A stretch of 64,000 nt of DNA from an uncultured Acidimicrobiaceae bacterium (GTDB lineage: Bacteria; Actinomycetota; Acidimicrobiia; Acidimicrobiales; RAAP-2), in NCBI GenBank assembly GCA_963716515.1, contig OY970319.1, positions 2,013,290 to 2,077,289 of the forward strand. The letters run 5' to 3'. The position numbers were made by a program, and so were the translations under genes. Below are positions 49,219 through 57,642 of the stretch, piece after piece; the first letter of the stretch is position 1, and every line of letters starts with the position of its first letter. The notes under the pieces were generated by a model. It did not search any database. It had not been told where the DNA came from and saw nothing but the letters and a program-made list of their open reading frames with translations.

Positions 49219-50524
49219 ATGAAAGCCAGGCTGAGTACGTACTGCGAACCGTCGAGGAGCGCGGCATCCGCTTCGTCCAACTCTGGTTCACCGACGTGCT
49301 CGGTACGCCACAAGGCGTTCCACGTCACCCCGGCCGAACTGGAGGACGCCCTCGACCAGGGCATGACCTTCGACGGCGGCTCCATCGACGGCTTCTGCCG
49401 GGTCCAGGAGTCCGACGTCTTGGCCCGACCGGACCTCACGACGTTTCAGCTCCTCCCCTGGTACGGCCAGGAGAGGGCGGCCCGGCCGTGGCGCGGGTCT
49501 TTTGCGACATCGTCAACATCGACGGCACGCCCTTCGACGGCTGTCCTCGTCAGCAACTGCGACGGGTACTCGACCGGGCCCGGACCGAGGGTTACACCTT
49601 CTTCGTCGCGCCTGAGATCGAGTACTTCTACTTCGAAGGCGCTTGACCCGTCGAGGGCGCCCGTGCCGATCGACCGGGGCAGCTACTTCGACCTGACTGC
49701 CCGATGACACGGCGAGTCAACTCCGCCAGCCGTACCGTCTTGACCCTCGAGGAGATGGGCATCGGCGTCGAGCACGCGCAACACGAGGACGCTCCCGGTC
49801 AACAAGAGATCGACCTGCGCTACACCGACGCCCTGACCATGGCCGACACCGTGATGACGGTGCGACGCGTGGTGAAGGAGACTGGCCCGCCAAGCCGACG
49901 TCTCGCCGAGCTTCATGCCCAAGCCCTTGGCGAACGTCCAAGGTCGGGCATGCACACCCACCTGTCGCTTTCGGGGCGACAACCAGAACGCCTTCATCGG
50001 CGACGGTCCCTACGGCCTCAGTGAGATCGCCACCAAGTTCATCGCCGGACTGGTGCGTCACGCGCCCGAGATCACCGCGGTGACCAACCAGTGGGTCAAC
50101 TCCTACAAGCGACTGGTGCCCGGCGCCGAAGCGCCGGTCGAAGCCAAGTGGGCGCGCTTCGACGCCGCGGCCCTCGTGCGCATCCCTTCGGTCAAGCCCG
50201 GACGCGTCGACTCGACACGTATCGAGTACCGCTCGCCGGACCCGGCCGCCAACCCCTATCTCGCCTTCGCGGTCATTCTGGCGGCCGGTCTTCGCGGAGT
50301 ACAGGGTGACTACGACCTACCCAACGAAGGCGAACGCACCGCTCCCGTTAGCCCCAGTCGCTCGCCGAGGCGTCTGGACCTCATGGAGAGCTCAAGAGTT
50401 GTTGCACGAGACGCTGGGCGAACACCAGGTGGAGTGGTTCTTGCGCAACAAGCGGGCCGAATGGGACGCCTACCGCGGTCAAGTCACCCCGTTCGAACTC
50501 GAGCGTTACCTCCCGTTGCTGTGA
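49219..50524 (+). pseudogene. glnA2: Glutamine synthetase I-like GlnA2 family gene, broken by about ten single-base indels
   Basis: Motifs spread over three frames: IRFVQLWFTDVLG, FDGGSIDGF..VQESD, APEIEYFYF, HEDAPGQQEIDLRY, FMPKP, GMHTHLSL, TNQWVNSYKRLVPG, RIEYRSPDPAANPYL, TPFELERYL. Confidence 0.85.
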
Positions 50525-51220
50525 ACTACGACGTCGTTCTCTGCGTGCCCTCGTGCGAAGGGCCAGTGCGAAAAGCGTTCGACGTCACGGGAGTGACGCC
50601 CGCGGTGGCCGTCAGCGGACGACTTAATGAGGTCACCGCGCTCGAACCGACCGACGGCTTCGCCGGGGCGGTCATCAACGCGGCCGCGTTCCCCTTCACC
50701 GAGGCCATGAACCTCTGTCGGCAGCTTCGGGCCCGCAGTCGCGGCGTCGGTCCGATCATCTTGCTCCTCGACCACTACCAACTCGACGAGCTCACCTTCC
50801 GCGAGGACCTCTTCGACGACTTCGTCGTCGGGCCCTTCGACGTGAGTGAACTGGCGACTCGGTTGCGCCATCGTTCTGCGCCGCGCCGGCAACGAGAGCG
50901 TGGCGCCGCGCATCGAGCACGGCGGCCTCTCGATGAACTTAGAGACCTACCAGGCCTCTATCGCCGGACGCGTCATGGACCTCACCTACATGGAGTACGA
51001 GTTGCTGCGTTTTCTCGCCACCAACCCGAATCGCGTCTTCACTCGCGAGACCTTGCTCAGTCGGGTCTGGGGCTACGAGTACTACGGCGGGGCGCGAACG
51101 GTGGACGTGCACGTGCGGCGACTGCGCGCGAAGTTAGGTGAGGAGCACGCCCACCTGATCCAGACGGTGCGCTCGGTCGGTTACAAGTTTGGCACGTCGC
51201 CGAACGAGTACGCCGTCTAA
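50521..51220 (+). pseudogene. glnR: GlnR-like OmpR-family regulator with one apparent frameshift near 50872
   Basis: C-terminal LTYMEYELLRFLA..P.RVFTRE.LL..VWGYEYYGGARTVDVHVRRLRAKLGEE...IQTVRSVGY; atypical receiver domain in another frame from GTG 50521, overlapping the glnA2 stop. Confidence 0.78.
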
Positions 51221-51582
51221 TCGAGGGGCGCGTACGCCCAGAGCTCGACCTCGGCGAGCGCGCCGAGTGGGAGCTGGTGGACGGCGACGGCCGAACGCGT
51301 GGGGCGCGGCGGTTGGAACGCTTCGATCCACACTTCGTTACACGCCGCGAATACGGCCATGTCGGTGAGGAACAATATCGCCTTGACAACTTGATCGAAC
51401 GTGGCGCCGGCTTCGGCGAGCACGGCGCGGGCGTTGACCAGCGCCTGGCGTAACTGTTCGGGAGCGCCACCGTCGATCATGGTCGGCTTGTCGGGGCTCG
51501 GCACCATACCGAGTTGGCCCGATATCACGACCAGGTCGCCCGCGCGACGCCAATGAGAGTAAGGGCCGAACGCTTCGGGCAT
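51217..51582 (-). CDS. RidA/YjgF family protein
   Basis: GPYS...AGDLV.ISGQLG, NARAVL, VVKA.LFL.DM..F...N, PTRSAVAV..LP.GALAEVE. Confidence 0.92.
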   Translation of the reverse strand: MPEAFGPYSHWRRAGDLVVISGQLGMVPSPDKPTMIDGGAPEQLRQALVNARAVLAEAGATFDQVVKAILFLTDMAVFAACNEVWIEAFQPPRPTRSAVAVHQLPLGALAEVELWAYAPLD

Positions 51583-51591
51583 GACCGCGTC

Positions 51592-51966
51592 TTAACTGAA
51601 GGAGTTGCCGCAGCCGCAGGTGCGCGTCGCGTTGGGATTCGTGATGTGAAATCCGGCGCCTTGCAACGAGTCGGAGTATTCCAGCGTCGAGCCGTTGAGC
51701 AGTTCCGCGCTTGAGGCGTCGACGACGACCTTGACCCCGGCGAACTCGCGCACGATGTCGTCCTCGGCGAACTCCGAGTCGAAGAACATGTCGTAGTTGA
51801 AGCCCGAGCAACCGCCCGGCTTCACCGATACGCGCAGCGCCAACACCTCGTCGACGCCTTCGGCGGCGATCAATTCGGCCACTTTCACGGCGGCGCCATC
51901 GGTCAAGTTGATCGGGTTGGGATCCTTCTTGGTCAAGTTCACGCTGGTGGTGGTCATGTTGGACAT
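51592..51966 (-). CDS. A-type Fe-S carrier (HesB/IscA/ErpA family)
   Basis: GGCSGFNY, LNGSTLEY, NPNATRTCGCGNSF; GAAGGAG RBS before ATG 51966. Confidence 0.94.
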   Translation of the reverse strand: MSNMTTTSVNLTKKDPNPINLTDGAAVKVAELIAAEGVDEVLALRVSVKPGGCSGFNYDMFFDSEFAEDDIVREFAGVKVVVDASSAELLNGSTLEYSDSLQGAGFHITNPNATRTCGCGNSFS

Positions 51967-52052
51967 GGCGCTCCTTCGAGAGTTCTCCAATCCATGATAG
52001 TGAGGGATTTCCTCATTGAACACCTCACTTCATTCGCCGGTAGCGTCGCTAC

Positions 52053-53198
52053 GTGCAAACCTCCGATCGACTGCGAGAACGCCTAAGTCAGGTGCTCGAT
52101 CCCGAACTCGGGGCCTCCATCGTCGAACTGGGCATGGTCGGCGACATCGCCGTTTCGGATGGGCGCGCGGTGGTCCACGTTTCGCTCACCACGGTCGGCT
52201 GTCCCTTGCGCGCGCAGATCGAACGCGACGTCAAAGAGGCCGCTCTTTCGCTCGACGAGATTGACTCGGTCGACCTCGTCATGGGCGTGCTGGACGCCCC
52301 GGCCAAAGCCGCGTTGATGCAACGAGCCCGGACCATCGCTCAAGCGAGCGCGCCGTCCACCTCCATTCCCACCCATACGCCGGTCCTGATGATCGCCTCG
52401 GGCAAGGGAGGCGTCGGCAAGTCGTCCATCACGGCCAACCTCGCGGTCGCCATCGCCGCGACCGGTCGAAGCGTGGGCGTGTTGGACGCTGACATCTGGG
52501 GATTCTCTTTGAGTCGACTGTTAGGTATTCACGGCGACGTGGAAGCGACCGGCGGGAAGATGCAGCCGCTCGAGCGGCGCGTGGGCACCGGATCCATCAA
52601 GTTGTTGTCGATGGGTCTGCTCGCCGACGAGGATCAGGCCCTCCTGTGGCGGGGACTCATGGTGCAAAAGGCCGTCGCGCAGTTCATCGAGGATGCCGAT
52701 TGGTCGGGTATCGACTACCTCTTAATCGACACCCCTCCGGGGACCGGCGACATCGCGATGACGCTCGCTCGACTGCTGCCGCAAATGGGCCAGTTGGTCG
52801 TGACCACGCCGACGATCGCCGCGCAACGCGTCGCCGCGCGCGCCGCCGACTTCGCGCGCAAATCGAACATCCGTGTCCTCGGCGTCATCGAGAACATGAG
52901 TGGCTTCACCTGCAGTTGTGGCGAACGACACAATTTTTTCGGCGAGGGCGGTGGTCGCTCGCTCAGTGAAGAGCTGAACGTGCCCCTCCTCGCGGAGATC
53001 GAACTCAACGCGGCCATCGCCGAGGGTGGCGATCACGGCGAGCCGGCGGTGTTGGCCGAGTCCGACGGTGGCGTCCTGCATCGACTGGCCCGACGAATAC
53101 TCGACGACGTAGCGCCGCCCTTCGGCGCCATCGGCTGTTCGGCCCGAATGCTCGACTCCATCAACAAGGCCGTCGCCGGCGGCACTCAGTCGTCGTAA
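52053..53198 (+). CDS. mrp: Mrp/NBP35 (ApbC) Fe-S carrier ATPase with N-terminal FeS_assembly_P domain
   Basis: VLDPELGASIVELGMV, ASGKGGVGKSS, DADIWG, LLWRG, DTPPGTGD, ENMS.F.C.CG. Confidence 0.93.
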   Translation: MQTSDRLRERLSQVLDPELGASIVELGMVGDIAVSDGRAVVHVSLTTVGCPLRAQIERDVKEAALSLDEIDSVDLVMGVLDAPAKAALMQRARTIAQASAPSTSIPTHTPVLMIASGKGGVGKSSITANLAVAIAATGRSVGVLDADIWGFSLSRLLGIHGDVEATGGKMQPLERRVGTGSIKLLSMGLLADEDQALLWRGLMVQKAVAQFIEDADWSGIDYLLIDTPPGTGDIAMTLARLLPQMGQLVVTTPTIAAQRVAARAADFARKSNIRVLGVIENMSGFTCSCGERHNFFGEGGGRSLSEELNVPLLAEIELNAAIAEGGDHGEPAVLAESDGGVLHRLARRILDDVAPPFGAIGCSARMLDSINKAVAGGTQSS

Positions 53199-53980
53199 CC
53201 GTCGTCACCCGGCAGCAGAATCTGCACCTCGCCGTTACTCGTCACGATCTTGGGCTCCACGCGCACGACGTCGTCGAGAGATCTCGCGTAGTCGAGTACG
53301 TCCTTCGACGAACGAAAGTGCGCGATGGCCTCGAGATTGCGAATCGTCGGGAAGATCATCTCCAGTTCGCCGCGGGCGTGCGCCGCCAAGGCGTCGGCGG
53401 GTCGAATCCACTGATCGGCCACGGTTTCACCGGCGTCGTGGGTGGCCAGTTGGTTGCTCGGCGCCAGCGCCACGAAGAAGCGGGTGTCGAATCGCCGGGG
53501 CGGCCCTACTGGTGTCACCCAGTGAGCGACGTACTCCAGCCCCCGAAGATCCAGTACGAGTCGCTCACGCTCCATCATCGAGATGAAGTCGAGCGTGCCG
53601 GCGTTCACCTCCCGGCGACTGGCCGCGAAACGACGAATCGATTCGTCGTCACGGATTTGGACCGGTTCGCCGTTCTCGTCACACGCGATGAGCAATCCGG
53701 CCTCTTCGAAGAGCTCGCGCAAGCAGGCGACGTAGAACGCGAGACCGCCTCGTTCCAGATCGAGACGTCGCGACGCCTCTTCGTCGTTCAGGCCACGCGT
53801 GCGACGCTGGGCCGCCGCTCCGGCGTCCGCTTCGTCGACGCGACCACCCGGAAAGACGTACGCGCCGCCGACGAAATCGCTGTTGAGGTTGCGACGGAGC
53901 ATAAGAATTTCGTAACCATTGGGACCGTCACGCACGGTGATCACGGTCGCGGCCGGACGGGGACTCAAAATTTCGACCAT
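53186..53980 (-). CDS. NUDIX hydrolase (NUDT19-like subgroup)
   Basis: PRPAATV, YVFPGGRVD, RELFEEAG, HWVTP...PRRFDTRFF, MIFPT..NL. Confidence 0.88.
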   Translation of the reverse strand: MVEILSPRPAATVITVRDGPNGYEILMLRRNLNSDFVGGAYVFPGGRVDEADAGAAAQRRTRGLNDEEASRRLDLERGGLAFYVACLRELFEEAGLLIACDENGEPVQIRDDESIRRFAASRREVNAGTLDFISMMERERLVLDLRGLEYVAHWVTPVGPPRRFDTRFFVALAPSNQLATHDAGETVADQWIRPADALAAHARGELEMIFPTIRNLEAIAHFRSSKDVLDYARSLDDVVRVEPKIVTSNGEVQILLPGDDGYDD

Positions 53981-54066
53981 AGCGAAAACTACTCAGCCGC
54001 GAGGCTGAAGTTGGCAGCGATGCCTGGTCCACTAAGTTTGTTGTCCTAAGCGCATCGAGGAGCATC

Positions 54067-55074
54067 GTGGCCAAGTCCCCCGCATCGAAGAAGAACATCG
54101 CCGCCAACCGCCCGGGCGCCAACCGCCCGAGCGCCAATCGCCCGGCGACACAGGCCGCCAAGCGAGCGCCCGCCCGGACTCCGGTGAAGTCCTCGAGTGG
54201 CCGACCGGCGGGCCTCTTCACGTGGCTGGCGATCGGACTCGTAGTGGTCATCGTGGCCACCCTCGTGCTGGTCAAGGTCATGAGCAGTACTCCCGCGGCG
54301 GCAGGTAAGGGAACCTTCACGCCGGTTGATCCCACGACCATGGCTCAGATCTCGGGCGTCCCGTTATCGGTCTTCAACACGGTCGGGGTGACCTCCCAGG
54401 TTGTGCAGGTATCGCCGCCGATCGCGGTGAAGGGCCAGCCTCTCTTAACCGCGCAGAGCAGTTCGGGCACGACGGTCCCGGAAGTCTTCTACCTGGGCGC
54501 CGAATACTGCCCGTACTGCGCCGCGCAGCGTTGGTCCACGATCATCGCCCTCAGTCGATTCGGCAAATGGTCGGGACTGGGCAACATGGCCAGTTACGCC
54601 CACGACACGTATCCCAACACACCGACGTTCACGTTCGTGAAGTCCTCCTACGCCTCGAAGTACATCGCCTTTAAGAGCGTCGAGGAGTACACCAACTACT
54701 TGAACGCCGCGGGCTCGAACTACCAGCTCCTCCAAACTCCGACCAAAGCGCAGTTGGCGCTGGTGGAGAAGTACGACACCGGGAAGTACATCAAGGGTCT
54801 CACCAAATCCAGCGGCAATCCGATTCCCTTCCTCTCCATGGACAACAAGTTCCTCGTCTCCGGAGCGAGTTTCTCTCCCGACGCCTTGACGAATCTGACG
54901 CGAGCCAACATCGCGACAGGACTCAGCGATCCGACGAGTCCCGTCACGGACGCAATTATCGCTTCGGCGAACTATCAGACGGCGGCGATCTGTTCGCTGA
55001 CCAACAACCTGCCGTCCAAGGTGTGCACGAGCTCCGGAGTGATGGCAGCAAAGACGGCCATGAAAATTAAATGA
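54067..55074 (+). CDS. Membrane-anchored DUF929-family thioredoxin-like protein
   Basis: Basic N-terminus, one TM helix, [13 protein letters not shown]...ALSRFG...[15 protein letters not shown]; CPYC redox motif. Confidence 0.8.
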   Translation: MAKSPASKKNIAANRPGANRPSANRPATQAAKRAPARTPVKSSSGRPAGLFTWLAIGLVVVIVATLVLVKVMSSTPAAAGKGTFTPVDPTTMAQISGVPLSVFNTVGVTSQVVQVSPPIAVKGQPLLTAQSSSGTTVPEVFYLGAEYCPYCAAQRWSTIIALSRFGKWSGLGNMASYAHDTYPNTPTFTFVKSSYASKYIAFKSVEEYTNYLNAAGSNYQLLQTPTKAQLALVEKYDTGKYIKGLTKSSGNPIPFLSMDNKFLVSGASFSPDALTNLTRANIATGLSDPTSPVTDAIIASANYQTAAICSLTNNLPSKVCTSSGVMAAKTAMKIK

Positions 55075-55541
55075 GTCGAACGCTGGGGCCGGTTCCCGCT
55101 TGGGCGGTCGCCACGACGTTCGCCTTAAGTCTCATCGGCCTCGCCCTGGCGACCTATCTCACGATCACCCACTTCGAACCGCAAGCGCTTTTCTGCACCG
55201 ATCGGGGATTCATTAACTGTGGAGCGGTCACCACGTCGGGCGAATCGCGATTGCTCGGCGTACCGGTCGCCTTCCTCGGTCTCGGCACCTACCTGGTGAT
55301 GACGGTGCTCAATTCGCCGTGGGGATGGCGGGCGAAGAGCTATTGGATTCACGTCGCGCGCTTCGTGATCGCGATCGTGTCGATGTGCTTCGTACTGTGG
55401 CTGCTCTACGCCGAACTCATCATCATCGACAACCTCTGCCTGTACTGCACCGGAGTTCACGTCGTGACGTTCGCGCTGCTCATCGTCCTCACCCGTGTGA
55501 GTCCAGCCCAACTCGGCTGGGCGAAGTCAGGTACGGAGTAA
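55071..55541 (+). CDS. Vitamin K epoxide reductase (VKOR) family protein
   Basis: Four TM helices, loop cysteines LFC...INC..V..S, CLYC active site; ATGA overlap with DUF929. Confidence 0.92.
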   Translation: MSRTLGPVPAWAVATTFALSLIGLALATYLTITHFEPQALFCTDRGFINCGAVTTSGESRLLGVPVAFLGLGTYLVMTVLNSPWGWRAKSYWIHVARFVIAIVSMCFVLWLLYAELIIIDNLCLYCTGVHVVTFALLIVLTRVSPAQLGWAKSGTE

Positions 55542-55775
55542 TCCCCTACGTTCGAACTCGTTCAGGCCGCCCCAGATCCCGTAGGACTCGTGACGGGCGA
55601 GCGCCGCCTCCAGGCAGTCCTCCCGGACCCCGCAACTCGCGCAGATGCGCTTGGCCACCAACTCTCGCTCCAACCGATCCTCTTTGCGCTCCGCACTGTC
55701 GGCCGGATAAAACAGCGCAGCTTCACTATTCCGACATGCGGCGGCGTCAGTCCAATCCAAAGGCGTAATCGCCAT
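55527..55775 (-). CDS. whiB: WhiB-family Fe-S transcription factor
   Basis: DW...AAC, AKRICASC.VREDC, GIWGG. Confidence 0.93.
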   Translation of the reverse strand: MAITPLDWTDAAACRNSEAALFYPADSAERKEDRLERELVAKRICASCGVREDCLEAALARHESYGIWGGLNEFERRGLLRT

Positions 55776-55903
55776 AAGTCACTCCCCCTCGGTTTGACCT
55801 AGAACCGCAGGATAACCACTCACCGGCGAACGGGCAAGAGTAATTTTTGTTCCGACGTCTCCACCCTCAAAGAGGCATTTTCTTGCTCCGCTACGCTGAC
55901 GCC

Positions 55904-56335
55904 ATGGCCATTGTTCTTCTGGCGAGCGACCTCGCCTCACTGCGCAAGGACCTGCGCGCCAACCTGGAAGGGCCGGACCTCTTCATTGAAGAGGTCGCCA
56001 GTGGCCCCGAAGTCATCGCCCGAGTGGAGCGCGGCGGGGTCGACCTGGTGGTGGTGGACCTGCAGATCGGCACCATGGGCGGCATGGCCATCTGCATGGA
56101 ACTGCGCCACGAGGAGTCCTACGGGGCGGCCGAACCGGTCGCCGTGTTGATGCTGCTCGATCGCCGACCCGACGTCTTCCTCGCTCGCCGCAGTGGCGCC
56201 GAAGGCTTCTTGGTCAAGCCGCTCGACCCCCAGCGGCTGCGCAGCGCGGTACGCGCGCTCTTGCGCGGCGAAGAGTACGAGGACGACTCACTGCGCCCCG
56301 CGACCGTTCGCGTCGGGAGTGCCGACGTTCAATGA
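55904..56335 (+). CDS. Single-domain response regulator (receiver only)
   Basis: DLVVVD phosphoacceptor, SGAEGFLVKP; TACGCT -10 lies 6 nt before ATG 55904. Confidence 0.85.
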   Translation: MAIVLLASDLASLRKDLRANLEGPDLFIEEVASGPEVIARVERGGVDLVVVDLQIGTMGGMAICMELRHEESYGAAEPVAVLMLLDRRPDVFLARRSGAEGFLVKPLDPQRLRSAVRALLRGEEYEDDSLRPATVRVGSADVQ

Positions 56336-57165
56336 GCGCCCCACAGCCCCCCTCGTCGGGACTGTCTCGGCTTCGCAAGCGCATCGTCGGACGTGAAGAA
56401 TCGCGTCCGAAGTCGCCCGAGGCCCTCGCCATCCACCGCCGGGTCGACCTGCTCAGCGAACTCGAACTTCGTGACGTCATGACGCCGCGGACCGACGTCG
56501 ACTTCCTCACCACGCCCGTGACGCCCGAACTCATCGCCGAAGCGATTCGCGACACCGGTCACTCCTGTTTCCCGGTGGTCAACGGCGACCTCGACGAGGT
56601 CGAAGGCGTCCTCTTCGTCAACGACCTGTTTCGCAGCACCACCGCCAAACGAGCCATCGGCGTCTCTTTGCCGTCGGCGAGTGAGATCGCGCGAAAGATC
56701 CGACGCCCCTTCATGTTGCCCGAAACGATGGACCTGTTGGAGAGTCTCAGCGAGATGCGAGAGAAGCGCCGGACGTTCGCACTGGTCCTCGACGAACACG
56801 GAGGTGTGGCGGGCGTGGTGTCGATCCGCGACATCCTCGAACAGTTGGTGGGCGATCTCAACGACGAGTTCGACGAGGACGAGGAACCGACGATCGTGCG
56901 CATCCGCCAAGACCGCTGGCTGGTCGACGGACAGACCCACGTCGACGAAGTGGAAGCGGCTCTCGGGATTTCGATTCCGGAGGGTGAGTACGTGACGATC
57001 GCCGGATTCATCCTCGATCTCGCCGGAGAGATCCCGCAGGCCGGCACGACCTACACCTACGAGGACTGGACGTTTCGAGTGCAATCGGTGGAACGTCGTC
57101 GGATTAGCGAGATTGTGATTGAGTATCACAAGCCGGTCGCGCCGGAGATTCCTTCGATCATGTGA
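56332..57165 (+). CDS. CBS-pair/CorC-HlyC transporter-associated protein
   Basis: DVMTPR, GHSCFPV, LVLDEHGGVAG.VS..DILEQLVG...DEFD, YVTIAGFI. Confidence 0.9.
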   Translation: MSAPQPPSSGLSRLRKRIVGREESRPKSPEALAIHRRVDLLSELELRDVMTPRTDVDFLTTPVTPELIAEAIRDTGHSCFPVVNGDLDEVEGVLFVNDLFRSTTAKRAIGVSLPSASEIARKIRRPFMLPETMDLLESLSEMREKRRTFALVLDEHGGVAGVVSIRDILEQLVGDLNDEFDEDEEPTIVRIRQDRWLVDGQTHVDEVEAALGISIPEGEYVTIAGFILDLAGEIPQAGTTYTYEDWTFRVQSVERRRISEIVIEYHKPVAPEIPSIM

Positions 57166-57223
57166 GCGTTGTTCGAATCATCGGCCAACGAGTAGCATTA
57201 TCGGGCTGCGAGGCAACTCGCTG

Positions 57224-57300
57224 CGGGCTGTAGCGCAGCTTGGTAGCGCGCTGCGTTCGGGACGCAGAGGTCCCGGGTTCAAATCCCGGCAGCCCGACCA
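57224..57300 (+). tRNA. tRNA-Pro(CGG)
   Basis: CGGGCTG/CAGCCCG acceptor stem, CTGCG-TT-CGG-GA-CGCAG, encoded CCA. Confidence 0.96.
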
Positions 57301-57331
57301 CCGACGAAGTACCAGGTGACACGCAGTGCAG

Positions 57332-57404
57332 GCCCCCATCGTCTAGCGGCCTAGGACACCACCCTTTCAAGGTGGCGGCACGGGTTCGAATCCCGTTGGG
57401 GGTG
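57332..57404 (+). tRNA. tRNA-Glu(TTC)
   Basis: GCCCCCA/TGGGGGT acceptor stem, CCACC-CT-TTC-AA-GGTGG, GGTTCGAATCCC. Confidence 0.96.
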
Positions 57405-57419
57405 CTCTGGAAAATCTCC

Positions 57420-57448
57420 CCAAAATCCTTTATTTACAAGGGTTTTGG
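57420..57448. repeat. 11-bp inverted repeat 15 nt after tRNA-Glu
   Basis: CCAAAATCCTT-TATTTAC-AAGGGTTTTGG (one G:T pair); could be a terminator or a recombinase site. Confidence 0.65.
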
Positions 57449-57458
57449 TGTGTCCGCG

Positions 57459-57543
57459 AGTGACCAACAGTGACCACGAGTAACCACCAATTACCACTGC
57501 TACATGCCCGTTATATGCCCGCAGTATGCCCGCAGTATGCCCG
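57459..57543. repeat. Two helically phased direct-repeat arrays (4 x 10 bp and 4 x 11 bp)
   Basis: AGTGACCAAC/AGTGACCACG/AGTAACCACC/AATTACCACT at 57459-57498; ATGCCCG at 57504, 57515, 57526 and 57537. Confidence 0.85.
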
Positions 57544-57642
57544 AAAAGGTTCGCCAAGGAAATGAATCGAACTCGGCTACCCCGACGTTTGAAGCTCTAA
57601 CCCCCGAGCCACGACAACGAGGGCGCGGTGCCATAGTGAGGC

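Noticed and set aside
48021-49646. 541-aa ORF that looks like a GSII-GlnA fusion
   Set aside because: Produced by frameshifts; it reads out of frame through the glnII stop and terminator into parts of glnA2.
57459-57543. Short repeat arrays considered as a mini-CRISPR
   Set aside because: Units are 10-11 bp with no spacers, no palindromic repeat and no cas genes.
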